A stretch of DNA of 63,735 nt, filler included, from Octopus bimaculoides (taxonomy: Eukaryota): the NCBI RefSeq assembly GCF_001194135.2. It is 10 parts of 10 records of this genome, joined end to end, with 100 filler letters (N's around TTAATTAATTAA, not from the genome) between each part and the next. Parts side by side here need not be neighbours in the genome. Positions count along the whole stretch, not along the records: positions 14,507 to 31,437 come from NC_069009.1; positions 31,538 to 37,861 come from NC_068991.1; 8 more parts are not named here. One strand, given 5' to 3'. Under the pieces are notes generated by a model. That model was not told where the DNA came from and searched no databases. It saw only the letters and a list, made by a program, of their open reading frames with translations. Below are positions 24,605-36,120 of the stretch, in pieces; the stretch's first letter is position 1, and the number at the start of each line of letters is the position of its first letter. The position numbers and the translations under genes are program-made.

Positions 24605-25058
24605 CGATGTTGTTTGTAAATAACAGAATTATTTAAAACCTCCGCCCATTCTATANNNNNNNNNNNNNNNNNNNNNNNNNNNNNNNNNNNNNNNNNNNNN
24701 NNNNNNNNNNNNNNNNNNNNNNNNNNNNNNNNNNNNNNNNNNNNNNNNNNNNNNNNNNNNNNNNNNNNNNNNNNNNNNNNNNNNNNNNNNNNNNNNNNNN
24801 NNNNNNNNNNNNNNNNNNNNNNNNNNNNNNNNNNNNNNNNNNNNNNNNNNNNNNNNNNNNNNNNNNNNNNNNNNNNNNNNNNNNNNNNNNNNNNNNNNNN
24901 NNNNNNNNNNNNNNNNNNNNNNNNNNNNNNNNNNNNNNNNNNNNNNNNNNNNNNNNNNNNNNNNNNNNNNNNNNNNNNNNNNNNNNNNNNNNNNNNNNNN
25001 NNNNNNNNNNNNNNNNNNNNNNNNNNNNNNNNNNNNNNNNNNNNNNNNNNNNNNNNNT

Positions 25059-25348
25059 GGGCGTTGTGAGTGTTTATTGAGCGAAAACACCTAAAGCTCC
25101 ACGAGATCCGGCAGGGGATGGTGGCGAACCCTGCTGTACTCTTTCACCACAACTTTCTCTCACTCTTACTTCCTGTTTCTGTCAGCCTTGTTACACTCTG
25201 TGTCACGCTGAATATCCCCCGAGAACTACGTTAAGGGTACACATGTCTGTGGAGTGCTCAGCCACTTGCACGTTAATTTCACGAGCAGGTTGTTCCGTTG
25301 ATTGGATCAACTGGAACCCTCGTCGTCGTAAGCGATGGAGTGCCAACA
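25059..25348 (+). mobile_element. SINE family B (5' end in gap)
   Basis: Near-identical to 5283-5595. Confidence 0.85.
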
Positions 25349-25649
25349 AATATATATATATATATATATGTTGTGCATTGGTGTGTGACGAGAAGTTTGT
25401 TACCCAACTACATGGGCTCGAATTCAGTCCTACTGTATCAATCATGGGACAAATGTCTTTTTTTATATTCTTGGTGCTTTGGTAGAAATTGTTACTTGCC
25501 AAAATTCAATAATAGCAAAGAAGTAGTTTTAACTATTGGTTCTTTAGGTAGCGCTGCTATGCTACTTCCGGTAGAAAGAACTGCAAACTCTGTTTTCGGA
25601 TTGGCCTTAGGTAACCACTAAATTTGTAATATTGGTTTTAAAACTTTGA

Positions 25650-25830
25650 CATAAGGCCAGAAAGTTTGTGGGGAGGGGCTAAGTTGATTTCATTGAGTCC
25701 AGTGCTCAACAAATACTTATTCTATCGACCCTGGAAGGATGAAAGGCAAAGTTGACCTCACCAGAATTTGAACTAAGAGCATATAGACTGCCAATATGCC
25801 ACGAAACATTTTGTCTGTTATGCTAACGAT
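25650..25830 (-). mobile_element. SINE family C
   Basis: TTCTATCGACCCTGGAAGGATGAAAGGCAAAGTTGACC, reverse complement of the family core. Confidence 0.7.
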
Positions 25831-26109
25831 TTTCCGCAAGTAAATATTAAAAGTTTCTCTTGTTAGTCATGCTCTGGACATCAGCTTTCGTTTTTCAAAA
25901 CTATTTTACAGATCGCGACCGGTTCACTGACAGAATTCAGTGCTGAATTTTACAGATTATGGATGTTCTAAAGTTGTTGCCCTGTTTGTTCGCGTTGTGT
26001 TTTTGTAAGTTTTCTTCCGTTTTTGTTTTTTAGAGTCTTTTTTTTTTTTTTTTTTTTGCTAAGATTTATTATTTTTCTAAGAATAATTGTCACATATCAT
26101 TTACATTAA

Positions 26110-26327
26110 CCCTTTAGTGTTCAAATTAATGTCAAAAGTAATCCTTATTCATGTACACTTTAAAAAATTAATCTGGTATTATCTTGTTACTTCAAGATTT
26201 GAGAGATGTAAATATTTATTTTTAGAATGACATTGCAGGGTAGATGTGAGATACTGGTTCTGGCCAGTTTGGGCATAAAATGAGTAGAATATTTGGGCTG
26301 GATATAGCCGGTTTAAACACTAAAGGG
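26110..26327. mobile_element. piggyBac-like MITE
   Basis: TTAA|CCCTTTAGTGTT ... AACACTAAAGGG|TTAA: perfect 12-bp TIRs with a TTAA target duplication. Confidence 0.85.
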
Positions 26328-27799
26328 TTAAATTGTGAGCAATATTCTCCCACTAGTTTTTCATTTTTGTTTTTATAATATGTTATGNNNNNNNNNNNNN
26401 NNNNNNNNNNNNNNNNNNNNNNNNNNNNNNNNNNNNNNNNNNNNNNNNNNNNNNNNNNNNNNNNNNNNNNNNNNNNNNNNNNNNNNNNNNNNNNNNNNNN
26501 NNNNNNNNNNNNNNNNNNNNNNNNNNNNNNNNNNNNNNNNNNNNNNNNNNNNNNNNNNNNNNNNNNNNNNNNNNNNNNNNNNNNNNNNNNNNNNNNNNNN
26601 NNNNNNNNNNNNNNNNNNNNNNNNNNNNNNNNNNNNNNNNNNNNNNNNNNNNNNNNNNNNNNNNNNNNNNNNNNNNNNNNNNNNNNNNNNNNNNNNNNNN
26701 NNNNNNNNNNNNNNNNNNNNNNNNNNNNNNNNNNNNNNNNNNNNNNNNNNNNNNNNNNNNNNNNNNNNNNNNNNNNNNNNNNNNNNNNNNNNNNNNNNNN
26801 NNNNNNNNNNNNNNNNNNNNNNNNNNNNNNNNNNNNNNNNNNNNNNNNNNNNNNNNNNNNNNNNNNNNNNNNNNNNNNNNNNNNNNNNNNNNNNNNNNNN
26901 NNNNNNNNNNNNNNNNNNNNNNNNNNNNNNNNNNNNNNNNNNNNNNNNNNNNNNNNNNNNNNNNNNNNNNNNNNNNNNNNNNNNNNNNNNNNNNNNNNNN
27001 NNNNNNNNNNNNNNNNNNNNNNNNNNNNNNNNNNNNNNNNNNNNNNNNNNNNNNNNNNNNNNNNNNNNNNNNNNNNNNNNTATTCCGACCAGGCAGTTCA
27101 CTAACACAACTCAGTCACTGATAGTGACTGTTCTTTAGATAAAACTACAGCTTTGAATCTGCTCAGGTTTATCTTTCTCTGGAGTTTCCCATTGATGAAG
27201 GCTAATGAGCCAGAATCACTCATCGGGGAATCCACTAGTACAGTGGTTTTCAACCGGGGTCAATATAGCAGCTGGGGGTCCATATAAGATTTTGATGTTA
27301 CAATTTATGTATAGTTAAGGGTACACGTGTCTGAGGAGTGCTCAACCACTTGCATGTTAATTTCACGAGCAGGCTGTTCCGTTGATCGGATCAACTGAAA
27401 CCCTCATCGTCATAAGCAATGGAGTGCCAACAACAACAACATTCACACTCACAAACATAGATGCATGTGTGATTTGATTAATTCCGTTGCATTTGCTAGT
27501 TCGTAATGGATGGTGTTTCCACAGTGATGTAATTTGCTTGAAGTCCACCACAAAAGCATGTCTATGCTTCTTGATGTGTTGCACAATGTTAGTAAACAAA
27601 AGGCTCGTTTATACGGTGTCATTTGTTTCCAGTTCATTGTGTAAAACATGTCCAGGCTGTTTGCTATTCTATAGACTGGAATAAGATAGCTTTGTTTGGA
27701 AACAGATGGAGGTTAGTGACAGGAAGAGCATCCTACTGGTGGAAATGAAAACTCTGATCCATTCAAGCTTGGAAAAGTAGGCGTTATAACAATGATGAT

Positions 27800-28022
27800 C
27801 TTTTGCCGTGAAGAATTTGTAGTCAAATGAACGAATCCCAATATTTATTTATTTTAAGACTGGTACTTATTCTGTTGGTCTCTTTTCCAGAGCCACTAAG
27901 TAATAGGGACGTAGACACACCAGAACGAGTCAGGCCGAGGCTATAGTAGAAGACACTTGCCCAAGGTGCCGCATAGTGGGACTGAACCCAGGACCATGAA
28001 ATTGAGAAGCAAACTTCTTACC
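27800..28022 (-). mobile_element. SINE family A remnant abutting the exon acceptor
   Basis: GGGACTGAACCCAGGACCATG...AAGCAAACTTCTTACC is the reverse complement of the SINE head. Confidence 0.75.
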
Positions 28023-28039
28023 TGATTTCTTTATTTCAG

Positions 28040-28288
28040 AAATTGTTGAGCTCCAGAAGAGTACCACTCTTTATATCAATTTCCCAAATATGGAAAGACC
28101 AGTGGAGTGGAAATGTAAAAATTATACATACGAATGCGACAAGACGTGCGCTAGCACCACTGAATTTCAAGTGACCCAGAGTGGGAATGATTCCACTCTT
28201 TGGATTCGAGACGTTACGAATGAATGTTTGTCTTGGACATTTTATGACAACAACAACAACTTTGGAAAATTTGATTTGAAGACAAATG
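28040..28288 (+). CDS. Internal exon (phase 1-1, 249 nt) encoding a divergent Ig-like ectodomain, copy 1
   Basis: TTTCTTTATTTCAG| acceptor and G|GTAAGG donor; stop-free IVELQKSTTLYINFPNMERPVEWKCKNYTYECDKTCASTTEFQVTQSGNDSTLWIRDVTNECLSWTFYDNNNNFGKFDLKTN; C-strand-like W, STLxIxxV E-strand-like motif, N-glycosylation sequons NYT and NDS; paralogous exon at 30479. Confidence 0.75.
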
Positions 28289-28321
28289 GTAAGGAAATGA
28301 TTTATTATAACAACAACAATA

Positions 28322-28356
<35 letters not shown>

Positions 28357-28576
28357 AATAATAAGATAAATACATAACAAAAACAGCAGAAGTAACATAT
28401 ATATATATATGACATACAGAAAATAGCACAAGTAGGCACCACACACATCCTACGTAAAAACACTTTCAGTACAATAAAAATAAGAGCATCATAACAAACC
28501 ACAGCACATACCCAAGGGACGCAGAGCTGCGCTCGGTAGTGCAGTGAAAGTACGTGATAATAATAAGACTACTGGA

Positions 28577-28740
28577 TAATAATAATAATCCTTTCTACTA
28601 TAGGTACAGGACCTGAAATTTTGAGGGAGGGAAATACTCAATTACATTGACCCCAGTGTTTCACTGGTACTTGATTTATTGATCCCGAAAAGGATGAAAA
28701 GCAATGTCGACTTTGACGGAATTTGAACTCAAAATGGCAT
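28577..28740 (-). mobile_element. SINE family C downstream of exon copy 1
   Basis: Family core in reverse; a counterpart lies downstream of exon copy 2. Confidence 0.7.
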
Positions 28741-29899
28741 CTCAAAACGAGAACTGTTCCTGTTATGGTGGGGGCCCTAGGTATGTTAAAAAAGGGGATG
28801 TCAGAAACATGTAGATAATATCGCAGGAGAACCATGTCTCAGAGAAATCCAAAAGATTGTGCTGACAAGTACCGGCCGCAACTTTACAAAAACCCAATCA
28901 GTTTAAGTTCAATTATTTATCGTCTGCTTGCTTAAAAACTTATATTTCTTCGTAAAGTTTGGATTCGCCAGAAACAAGCTGCCCAAAAACGATGTGCAGA
29001 TATGAAGCACGGATTGGAGAGAAACAGCGAGAAGGTATAGCAAAACGAGAGAAAAGAAAACATTGACAGATATGCGAGAAAAGGAAGACGAACATCAAGA
29101 ATATTTAAAGGAAGCTAAACTATGAATGCTATAAAAATGCAAATCCTTTCTTTCTTAACTAGGTCCCCTTAATTTTTTCCATTCCATTCAATTTCCATGG
29201 ATCCCACTAATAATATATTATTGTGACAGGAAGTGAAATAACTTTAAATAATGAAAGTAAAAACACANNNNNNNNNNTTGGTGTTTCCCATTGATGAAGG
29301 CTAATGAGCCAGAAACAGAAGCATGCATCAAGGAATCTACTAGAGCAGTAGTTTTTAATAGGAGTCATACACCACACACCTGTTCAGTCAACGTCAATTT
29401 GATGGAGAGTGTTAGCTAACGTACAGCACATACAGTTGATCACTATAAACAAATCAATGGTGCCGGTCATTCAGCAAGCACTGCACACTCATATGTCTTC
29501 TTCTATCGGAGATTCTATCATACATATATATGCACACTCACATACACGCATCTGTGTTTGTTTGTGTGTGTGTGTGATTTCGTTATTTCTCTTGCATTTT
29601 CTGGTTTGTAATCAACGGCTTTCCCAACGATGCCATTTGCTTGATGTCCACCACAAATGCATGTCTTGGCTGCTTGATGTGTTGCACAATCTTAGTAAAT
29701 AAAAGGCTCATTTATGCAGCGTCATTTGTTCCCAGTTCTTTGTGTAAAACATGTCCAGGATGTTTGTTATTCTATAGACTGGGATATTATGGCCTTGTTT
29801 AGAAATAGGAGTTTGGTGACAAGGAGAGCATCCTCCTGTTGGAAATGACAACTCTGATCCCTCAAATGTGGAAAAATAGGCATTAAAACGATGATAATC

Positions 29900-30137
29900 T
29901 CTTACTCGTTTCAGCCATTAAAGTGTGGGCATACTGGGGCACTGCCTTGAAGAATTTTTAGTCGAATGAATTGACCCCAGTACTTATTTATTTTAAGCTT
30001 GCCTGGTACATATTCTATTGGTCTCTGTTGCTGAACCACTAAATTACAGGGACAAAAACACACCAACACCGATTGTCAAGGGGTGGTGGGGGACAAACAC
30101 ACACAAAGAAACTCACACATATATATGTATGTATGTG

Positions 30138-30171
<34 letters not shown>

Positions 30172-30461
30172 ATATATAACAGAAATATGTTAGAAAACAA
30201 AATAGAAACTACCCGTGGAAATTTAAGGGGAAAGTATACACATATAGATAGATAGTTAGATATAGGTATATATATACACATATATATATGTGTGTATATA
30301 TATACATACAAACACACGTCAGGCTTCTTTCAGTTTCCATTTATGAAATCCGCTCATAAGGTGTTGGTCAGCCTGTGACTATAGTAGAAGTCACTTTTCT
30401 CAAGGTTGCACAGAGTGGGACAGAACCCAGAACCATGTGGTTGGGAAGCACACTTCTCACC
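29900..30461 (-). mobile_element. SINE family A with expanded internal microsatellite, abutting the exon 2 acceptor
   Basis: Reverse complement of the full family body. Confidence 0.8.
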
Positions 30462-30478
30462 TGATTTCTTTCTTTCAG

Positions 30479-30581
30479 ATAATGGTACATTCGACGTAAG
30501 TGCAACTTTACAGATTGAAACACCAAACATGAAAAGACCAACCATTTGGAAATACAACAATTATAAATATGAATGTGACCG
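30479..30581 (+). CDS. Ig-like exon copy 2 (5' part; remainder lost in N gap 30582-30732)
   Basis: TTTCTTTCTTTCAG| acceptor, phase 1 compatible with the copy 1 donor; (D)NGTFDVSATLQIETPNMKRPTIWKYNNYKYECD aligns without gaps to copy 1 (17/33 identical). Confidence 0.7.
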
Positions 30582-30734
30582 NNNNNNNNNNNNNNNNNNN
30601 NNNNNNNNNNNNNNNNNNNNNNNNNNNNNNNNNNNNNNNNNNNNNNNNNNNNNNNNNNNNNNNNNNNNNNNNNNNNNNNNNNNNNNNNNNNNNNNNNNNN
30701 NNNNNNNNNNNNNNNNNNNNNNNNNNNNNNNNAC

Positions 30735-31020
30735 TGCCCCCTGCTCCGCAGAAATTTCAGGCCTTTTGTCTAAAGTAGAATAGAAAAGAATTATCCTTTC
30801 TACTAAAGGCACAAGGCCTGAAATTGTGGTGGTGGTGGGGGGGGGGGCTAATCGATTATATCTATCCCAGTGTCTCACTGGTACTTAATTTATCAGCCCC
30901 GAAAGGATGAAAGGCAAAGTCAACCTTGGTGGAATTGGAACTCAGAACGTAAAGATACAGAAAATGCTGGAAAGCATTTTGCCCAGCGTGATAATGATTC
31001 TGCCAGCTCACCACCTTAAT
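30735..31020 (-). mobile_element. SINE family C downstream of exon copy 2
   Basis: Full family body in reverse, ending GATTCTGCCAGCTCACCACCTTA. Confidence 0.75.
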
Positions 31021-31539
31021 AATAATAATAATGATAATATCGGGGGGTTTTCTGAAAATCCGCCCAGAGCTTTAAACGGAGAATTCTATTTTACATACAT
31101 ACGCACGTACGTACATACATATGTACGTACGTACGTACATACATACATCCGTACATGCATATATTTTTTGGCTTAAATAACTTCCCACCTATAATAAGCG
31201 CCCATGGGCAGTAATATGGAAGTTTAATAGCACTCAGTATTTCACTAATGGTATATGATGTTTTGATATATGTTCTTTTGACTCCATTATTGGAGTACCA
31301 GTATATTAAGTACCAGTGAAACACTGGGGTTGATGTAATCGACTCATCTCCTCTCCCAAAATTTCAGCTCTCTCTCTCTCTCTCTCCCACACACACACAC
31401 AGAAAGAGAGAGAAATCAACAGAAAGAGTCGAGTTTTNNNNNNNNNNNNNNNNNNNNNNNNNNNNNNNNNNNNNNNNNNNNTTAATTAATTAANNNNNNN
31501 NNNNNNNNNNNNNNNNNNNNNNNNNNNNNNNNNNNNNAT

Positions 31540-32974
31540 ATATATAAATATATATGTATCTATATATATGTCTGTATATATATATACGTGTGTGTTTTGA
31601 TATAAATGGATTGCTGTATTTTATTTATATATTTTTAGATACGTCTACACTTGTCATTCATATACTGAACATATCTACCATGTTTACCCAATTCCCATAT
31701 ATCTTTATATGCATAGATATATGTATGGATACATAACCTTTTAATAAAATCCATTTCTCTTATATAATGGTATACACACACACACACACACACACATATC
31801 TATACTAGAACTTACGTACATAAATACACACATATGTACCTGCGTGTCTGTGTGCGAGTATGTGCGTATTTGCATACATACGTGTACATACAAATACACA
31901 CACACATATATACAGTTCTCTGAGAATAATATATTCTATAGACACCTGGATTGTACATATTACTATGTATGTATATTTCGCTCTGAGATTTATTCTTTCT
32001 TCAACATTTATACAAATGTACAATACATATCTATGTAGACGACTGTGTGTGTCTTCGTTATTCGTTATGATGCTTTAGAATGCATACCCATTTTATATGC
32101 ATTGTCTGCACAATCTCCTACATAGTTCTTGTTACTATTTATTATGCATATGTTTCGTGCCTATATGTATATATATGTATTTGAGTGCCCTTGTGTCGTA
32201 ATTTGTATGTGTATATATAAATGTACGTATATTCATGCTTGAGTTTACGCGCCAGTTATTCGCTCGCCCGAGTACATTGCATAGACATAACCTAGCGTGT
32301 GCGTATGTATGGGCATTTATGTCTATAAATATGTGTCCATATATCCATGTGTATGTCTATATGCACTCATATATGCATGCAGCAGTGTACACATGTAGAA
32401 GTGCGCGTGCATGCATATGCATGTTTGTGCGCGATTGCGTGCGTGTAAATGTGTCTGTGTGTTTGTTCACGTGAATTTGTAACCGTTTGTAAGATATTTG
32501 TATATATGTGCAAGTAGGTACTCGTATGTTATCCTATGTGTATCTATATGCACATGTCTGTATGTGTATGGGAATATCTGTACACATATTTGTATATGTA
32601 TATGTGTAAGCGTATGTTTGTCTCTGCACGTATGCGTGCACATTTGCATATGTGTATACATATATAAGTCTGCTCCTCTGTGTGTGTGAATCTACATGTA
32701 TATGATAGAACGTGTGCACATACATATATATATATACATACAGATATGATGTATTATATATGATGTATATATGTGTATATTATGTATATATACGTTTAAA
32801 TAATTCTATATAAATATACATATATATATTTACACGTACATGTTTTTAAGTACATATAAGAAAAGTATATAAATGTCTATACGTACATTCAATGGTGTGT
32901 GTATATACGAATAATTGTAAATATGTGTTATTATTTGTGCATATGAGTGCAATGTGTGTACATGCATGCATATA

Positions 32975-33011
<37 letters not shown>

Positions 33012-33093
33012 GTATACATGTATGCAAGTATATATGTATCACGCATATTACGTCTGTACGTCTGTCTATCTGTCTGTGTGTTTGTGTCTACCA

Positions 33094-33127
<34 letters not shown>

Positions 33128-33322
33128 ATGTATGTATGTATGTATGTATGTATGTATGTATGTATGTATGTATGTATGTATAAATATCTTTCTTACTATG
33201 GTTGCTGAACTGAGGTTAGGCTAGCTGGCTAGCCTTACCTCCGTACGAAAGATGTCATTCACAGCACACTGCTGCAGTAGTTTCGTATCTCTATGCAGGA
33301 ATGCATCAAACAGTAGTAGTAG

Positions 33323-33362
<40 letters not shown>

Positions 33363-33552
33363 TTAGAATATCATCATCATTACCATCAATATTATTACCG
33401 TGTAAACAACAAAATTTATAAGGTTACAGAAATGAATGTTATATAGATGTGTATATTTATATAAATATTTAGATATATGCACACGCATAATCGTATGTGC
33501 ATATACAAACATATATATACATGTGTGCGTTTGTGTATACATATATACATAC

Positions 33553-33605
<53 letters not shown>

Positions 33606-33670
33606 TGTATATATGCATATATATATTTATATACATATATAAAAACATGTATATATATATATATATATAC
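31540..33670. repeat. Compound degenerate TA/CA/TATG/TCTG/AGT microsatellite field
   Basis: Directly visible; source of the YI/CV pseudo-ORFs. Confidence 0.85.
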
Positions 33671-34309
33671 TTTTTCCCACAACAGAATCTGGAAGAATTA
33701 TATCATATTATCCAATGGAACTTCCTCTTTTGTAAAGTGGCCGACATTTCTCTATATTGAATCGCATCTACGATCCATAGGAATTCAAAAGTATGAAGAT
33801 TACGTTATCTGGAATTTAGCACCCATTGTTTTCTTGGTAATATTCACCCAATCCATTCAATTTTCAGGAATTTCCTTTGTAGAATTCTCATGGCGACCCA
33901 TTACCTTAAGCTTTCTCTCGATTCGAAATAAATCCAGTTATTATGCAGGTCATAGCCACTCTTGATTTTTTTTCCTTTCGTTGTTGTTGTTGTTGTTGTC
34001 GTTGTTGCTGTTTTACTGGTGCAGTCTTTGATATTCCTGCAATATACTTGAGGTGATTCTATGCTGGAAAATCTACGACCGGTCCAAATGTTGCTGGGTG
34101 TACGGAAACATAAACTAGTCCAGGATCCCTAGGAACACATGCAATTCTTTTTCTGCTCTCCGACATTGGGCATGGGCCAGGCCGTTGGAGTTCACGAAAT
34201 ATGTCGAATCATCCGAGTTAAAAACCTTTCACTAATCCGGCAATCCCTAGTTCTTATGCATCTGAGTGAACTGAATCCGGGAGATTACCTTTTACCTTTT
34301 ACCTCTTAC

Positions 34310-34547
34310 CATACACTTGTTTCGATCGTGGGACTGCGGCCATGCTAGGGCACCTCATTGAAGAATTGTTTAGTCAAATGAATCAACTCCAGTACTTCTT
34401 TATATTTCATTTTTTAAGGCTAGTATTTATTCAATCGGTCACTTTTGCCGAACCGTTAAGTTACGGGGACGTAAACACACCAACACCGGTTGTCGAGCAG
34501 TGGTTGGGGGCAAACACAGACACAAAGACACGCATGCACAGATATAT
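34310..34547 (-). mobile_element. SINE family A, 3' half
   Basis: GACTGCGGCCATGCTAGGGCACC through GGGGACGTAAACACACCAACACCGG. Confidence 0.8.
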
Positions 34548-35335
34548 NNNNNNNNNNNNNNNNNNNNNNNNNNNNNNNNNNNNNNNNNNNNNNNNNNNNN
34601 NNNNNNNNNNNNNNNNNNNNNNNNNNNNNNNNNNNNNNNNNNNNNNNNNNNNNNNNNNNNNNNNNNNNNNNNNNNNNNNNNNNNNNNNNNNNNNNNNNNN
34701 NNNNNNNNNNNNNNNNNNNNNNNNNNNNNNNNNNNNNNNNNNNNNNNNNNNNNNNNNNNNNNNNNNNNNNNNNNNNNNNNNNNNNNNNNNNNNNNNNNNN
34801 NNNNNNNNNNNNNNNNNNNNNNNNNNNNNNNNNNNNNNNNNNNNNNNNNNNNNNNNNNNNNNNNNNNNNNNNNNNNNNNNNNNNNNNNNNNNNNNNNNNN
34901 NNNNNNNNNNNNNNNNNNNNNNNNNNNNNNNNNNNNNNNNNNNNNNNNNNNNNNNNNNNNNNNNNNNNNNNNNNNNNNNNNNNNNNNNNNNNNNNNNNNN
35001 NNNNNNNNNNNNNNNNNNNNNACCGCTAGGTTATGGGAACGCAAACAATCTAATCGAGTGGCCCCTTCCCCACAAATTTCGGGCCTTGTAACTCGAGTAG
35101 AAAAGAATATTATTTATTGCTTTATCTGCCTCGAGTTTTACTGTAAAAATAAAAAGAATTAATTTACTTCAATTCTCTCGAAGTTTATAAATTCTTACAA
35201 TGAAAACAGTGAATATATTGTATATTTGATGTTAATTTGCTTCAGCTTTATATTACATTATATTACATTAATTCTATTTCGGCTGATAGTTAGCAAGGTG
35301 AGACACACATAAGAAAGAAGAAAGAAGAAAGCAAA

Positions 35336-35380
35336 GGACCACTGATGAGGTCACAGAAGTGTGACGAAAGAATTCTGGCC
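35336..35380 (+). ncRNA. Minimal type I hammerhead ribozyme motif
   Basis: GGACCA-CTGATGA-G(G)TCAC-AGAAGT-GTGAC-GAAA-GAAT-TC-TGGCC: all core nucleotides present, 5-bp stem II, stem I GGACCA/TGG-CC, predicted cleavage after C35375; the 15.2-16.2 pair is G.U instead of the usual C-G. Confidence 0.55.
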
Positions 35381-36120
35381 GAAATAGGATTAATGTAATA
35401 TAATGTAATATAATGTAATATAAAGCTGAAGCAAATTAACAGTGAATATATTACTTTATGCTTGAAGTAATTTCTCACAGCTACCCTAATCTATGGCGCT
35501 CAGAATACAACGACCGTTTTTTTTTTTTTTTTTTGCGTTTCCCTTGAAGATGTTCACAGCAAATGAGCATCCATAAAGCATCCGACTCCTGACCTTATGC
35601 TAGAAAAAGAAGTAAAACCGAAAACCACTGGACAAGGCACCAGTTGTGACACGATAAACTTGTCCGTCATATCTCTCAGATTACTTATGCATGTAAGAGT
35701 GTGCACATCCGTGCGTGTTCGTATATTTATATGCTTGTTTATTCGCGATATGCATGCGTGTAAATGTGTCTGTGTGTTTAGCCATGTGAATTTATGAACA
35801 TTTGTACATATTTGTACTGGAGTGTATATACGTGTGTGACACAATGCGGCACTCAAATGCTCTCTGGACTCATTTTAGTGTCTCTAACTCCACCCTTCCT
35901 TTTAACCTGTCAGTGTCTCTATATCGACGTTGATTTTACTAGTTGTTGTGAGTATCTTCCTTGATATTTTCAAGTGTTCCCTCTAGTATCGCAAGTAATG
36001 GATACTAGCGCGGACACTACAAAGCTTTGTAGTATAACAGATCTTAGTGTGATATAACAGATCTTAGTGAGATATGATCAAACGTAACATATCTTATTGT
36101 AGTATAATCAAAGAGATATA

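Noticed and set aside
26380-26387. ATG TTA TG at the gap edge as start of the missing signal-peptide exon
   Set aside because: Only 8 nt are visible, so it cannot be supported; worth checking when the gap is closed.
33208-33265. Hairpin plus GAAAGATGTC as another hammerhead
   Set aside because: The core reads CTGAGGT, stem II has no closing pair next to GAAA and stem I is offset; at best a heavily decayed relic.
33686-34310. Terminal or TM exon of the Ig-like gene (CCCACAACAG|[16 protein letters not shown], or a 92-codon alternative frame)
   Set aside because: It lies beyond an artificial linker. The region ends in a (TTTACC)n tail and shows faint RTE-like words (EELY, THCF, RPIT), so a decayed LINE 3' end is at least as likely.
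35230-35297. Hydrophobic MLICFSFILHYITLILFRLIVSK|GTGAGA as a signal or TM exon
   Set aside because: It lies within the arm of the AT-rich foldback, so the hydrophobicity is compositional.
35550-35700. Exon after a strong poly-T acceptor (TTGAAG|)
   Set aside because: All three frames stop within 14 codons, and there is no linked upstream exon on this piece.
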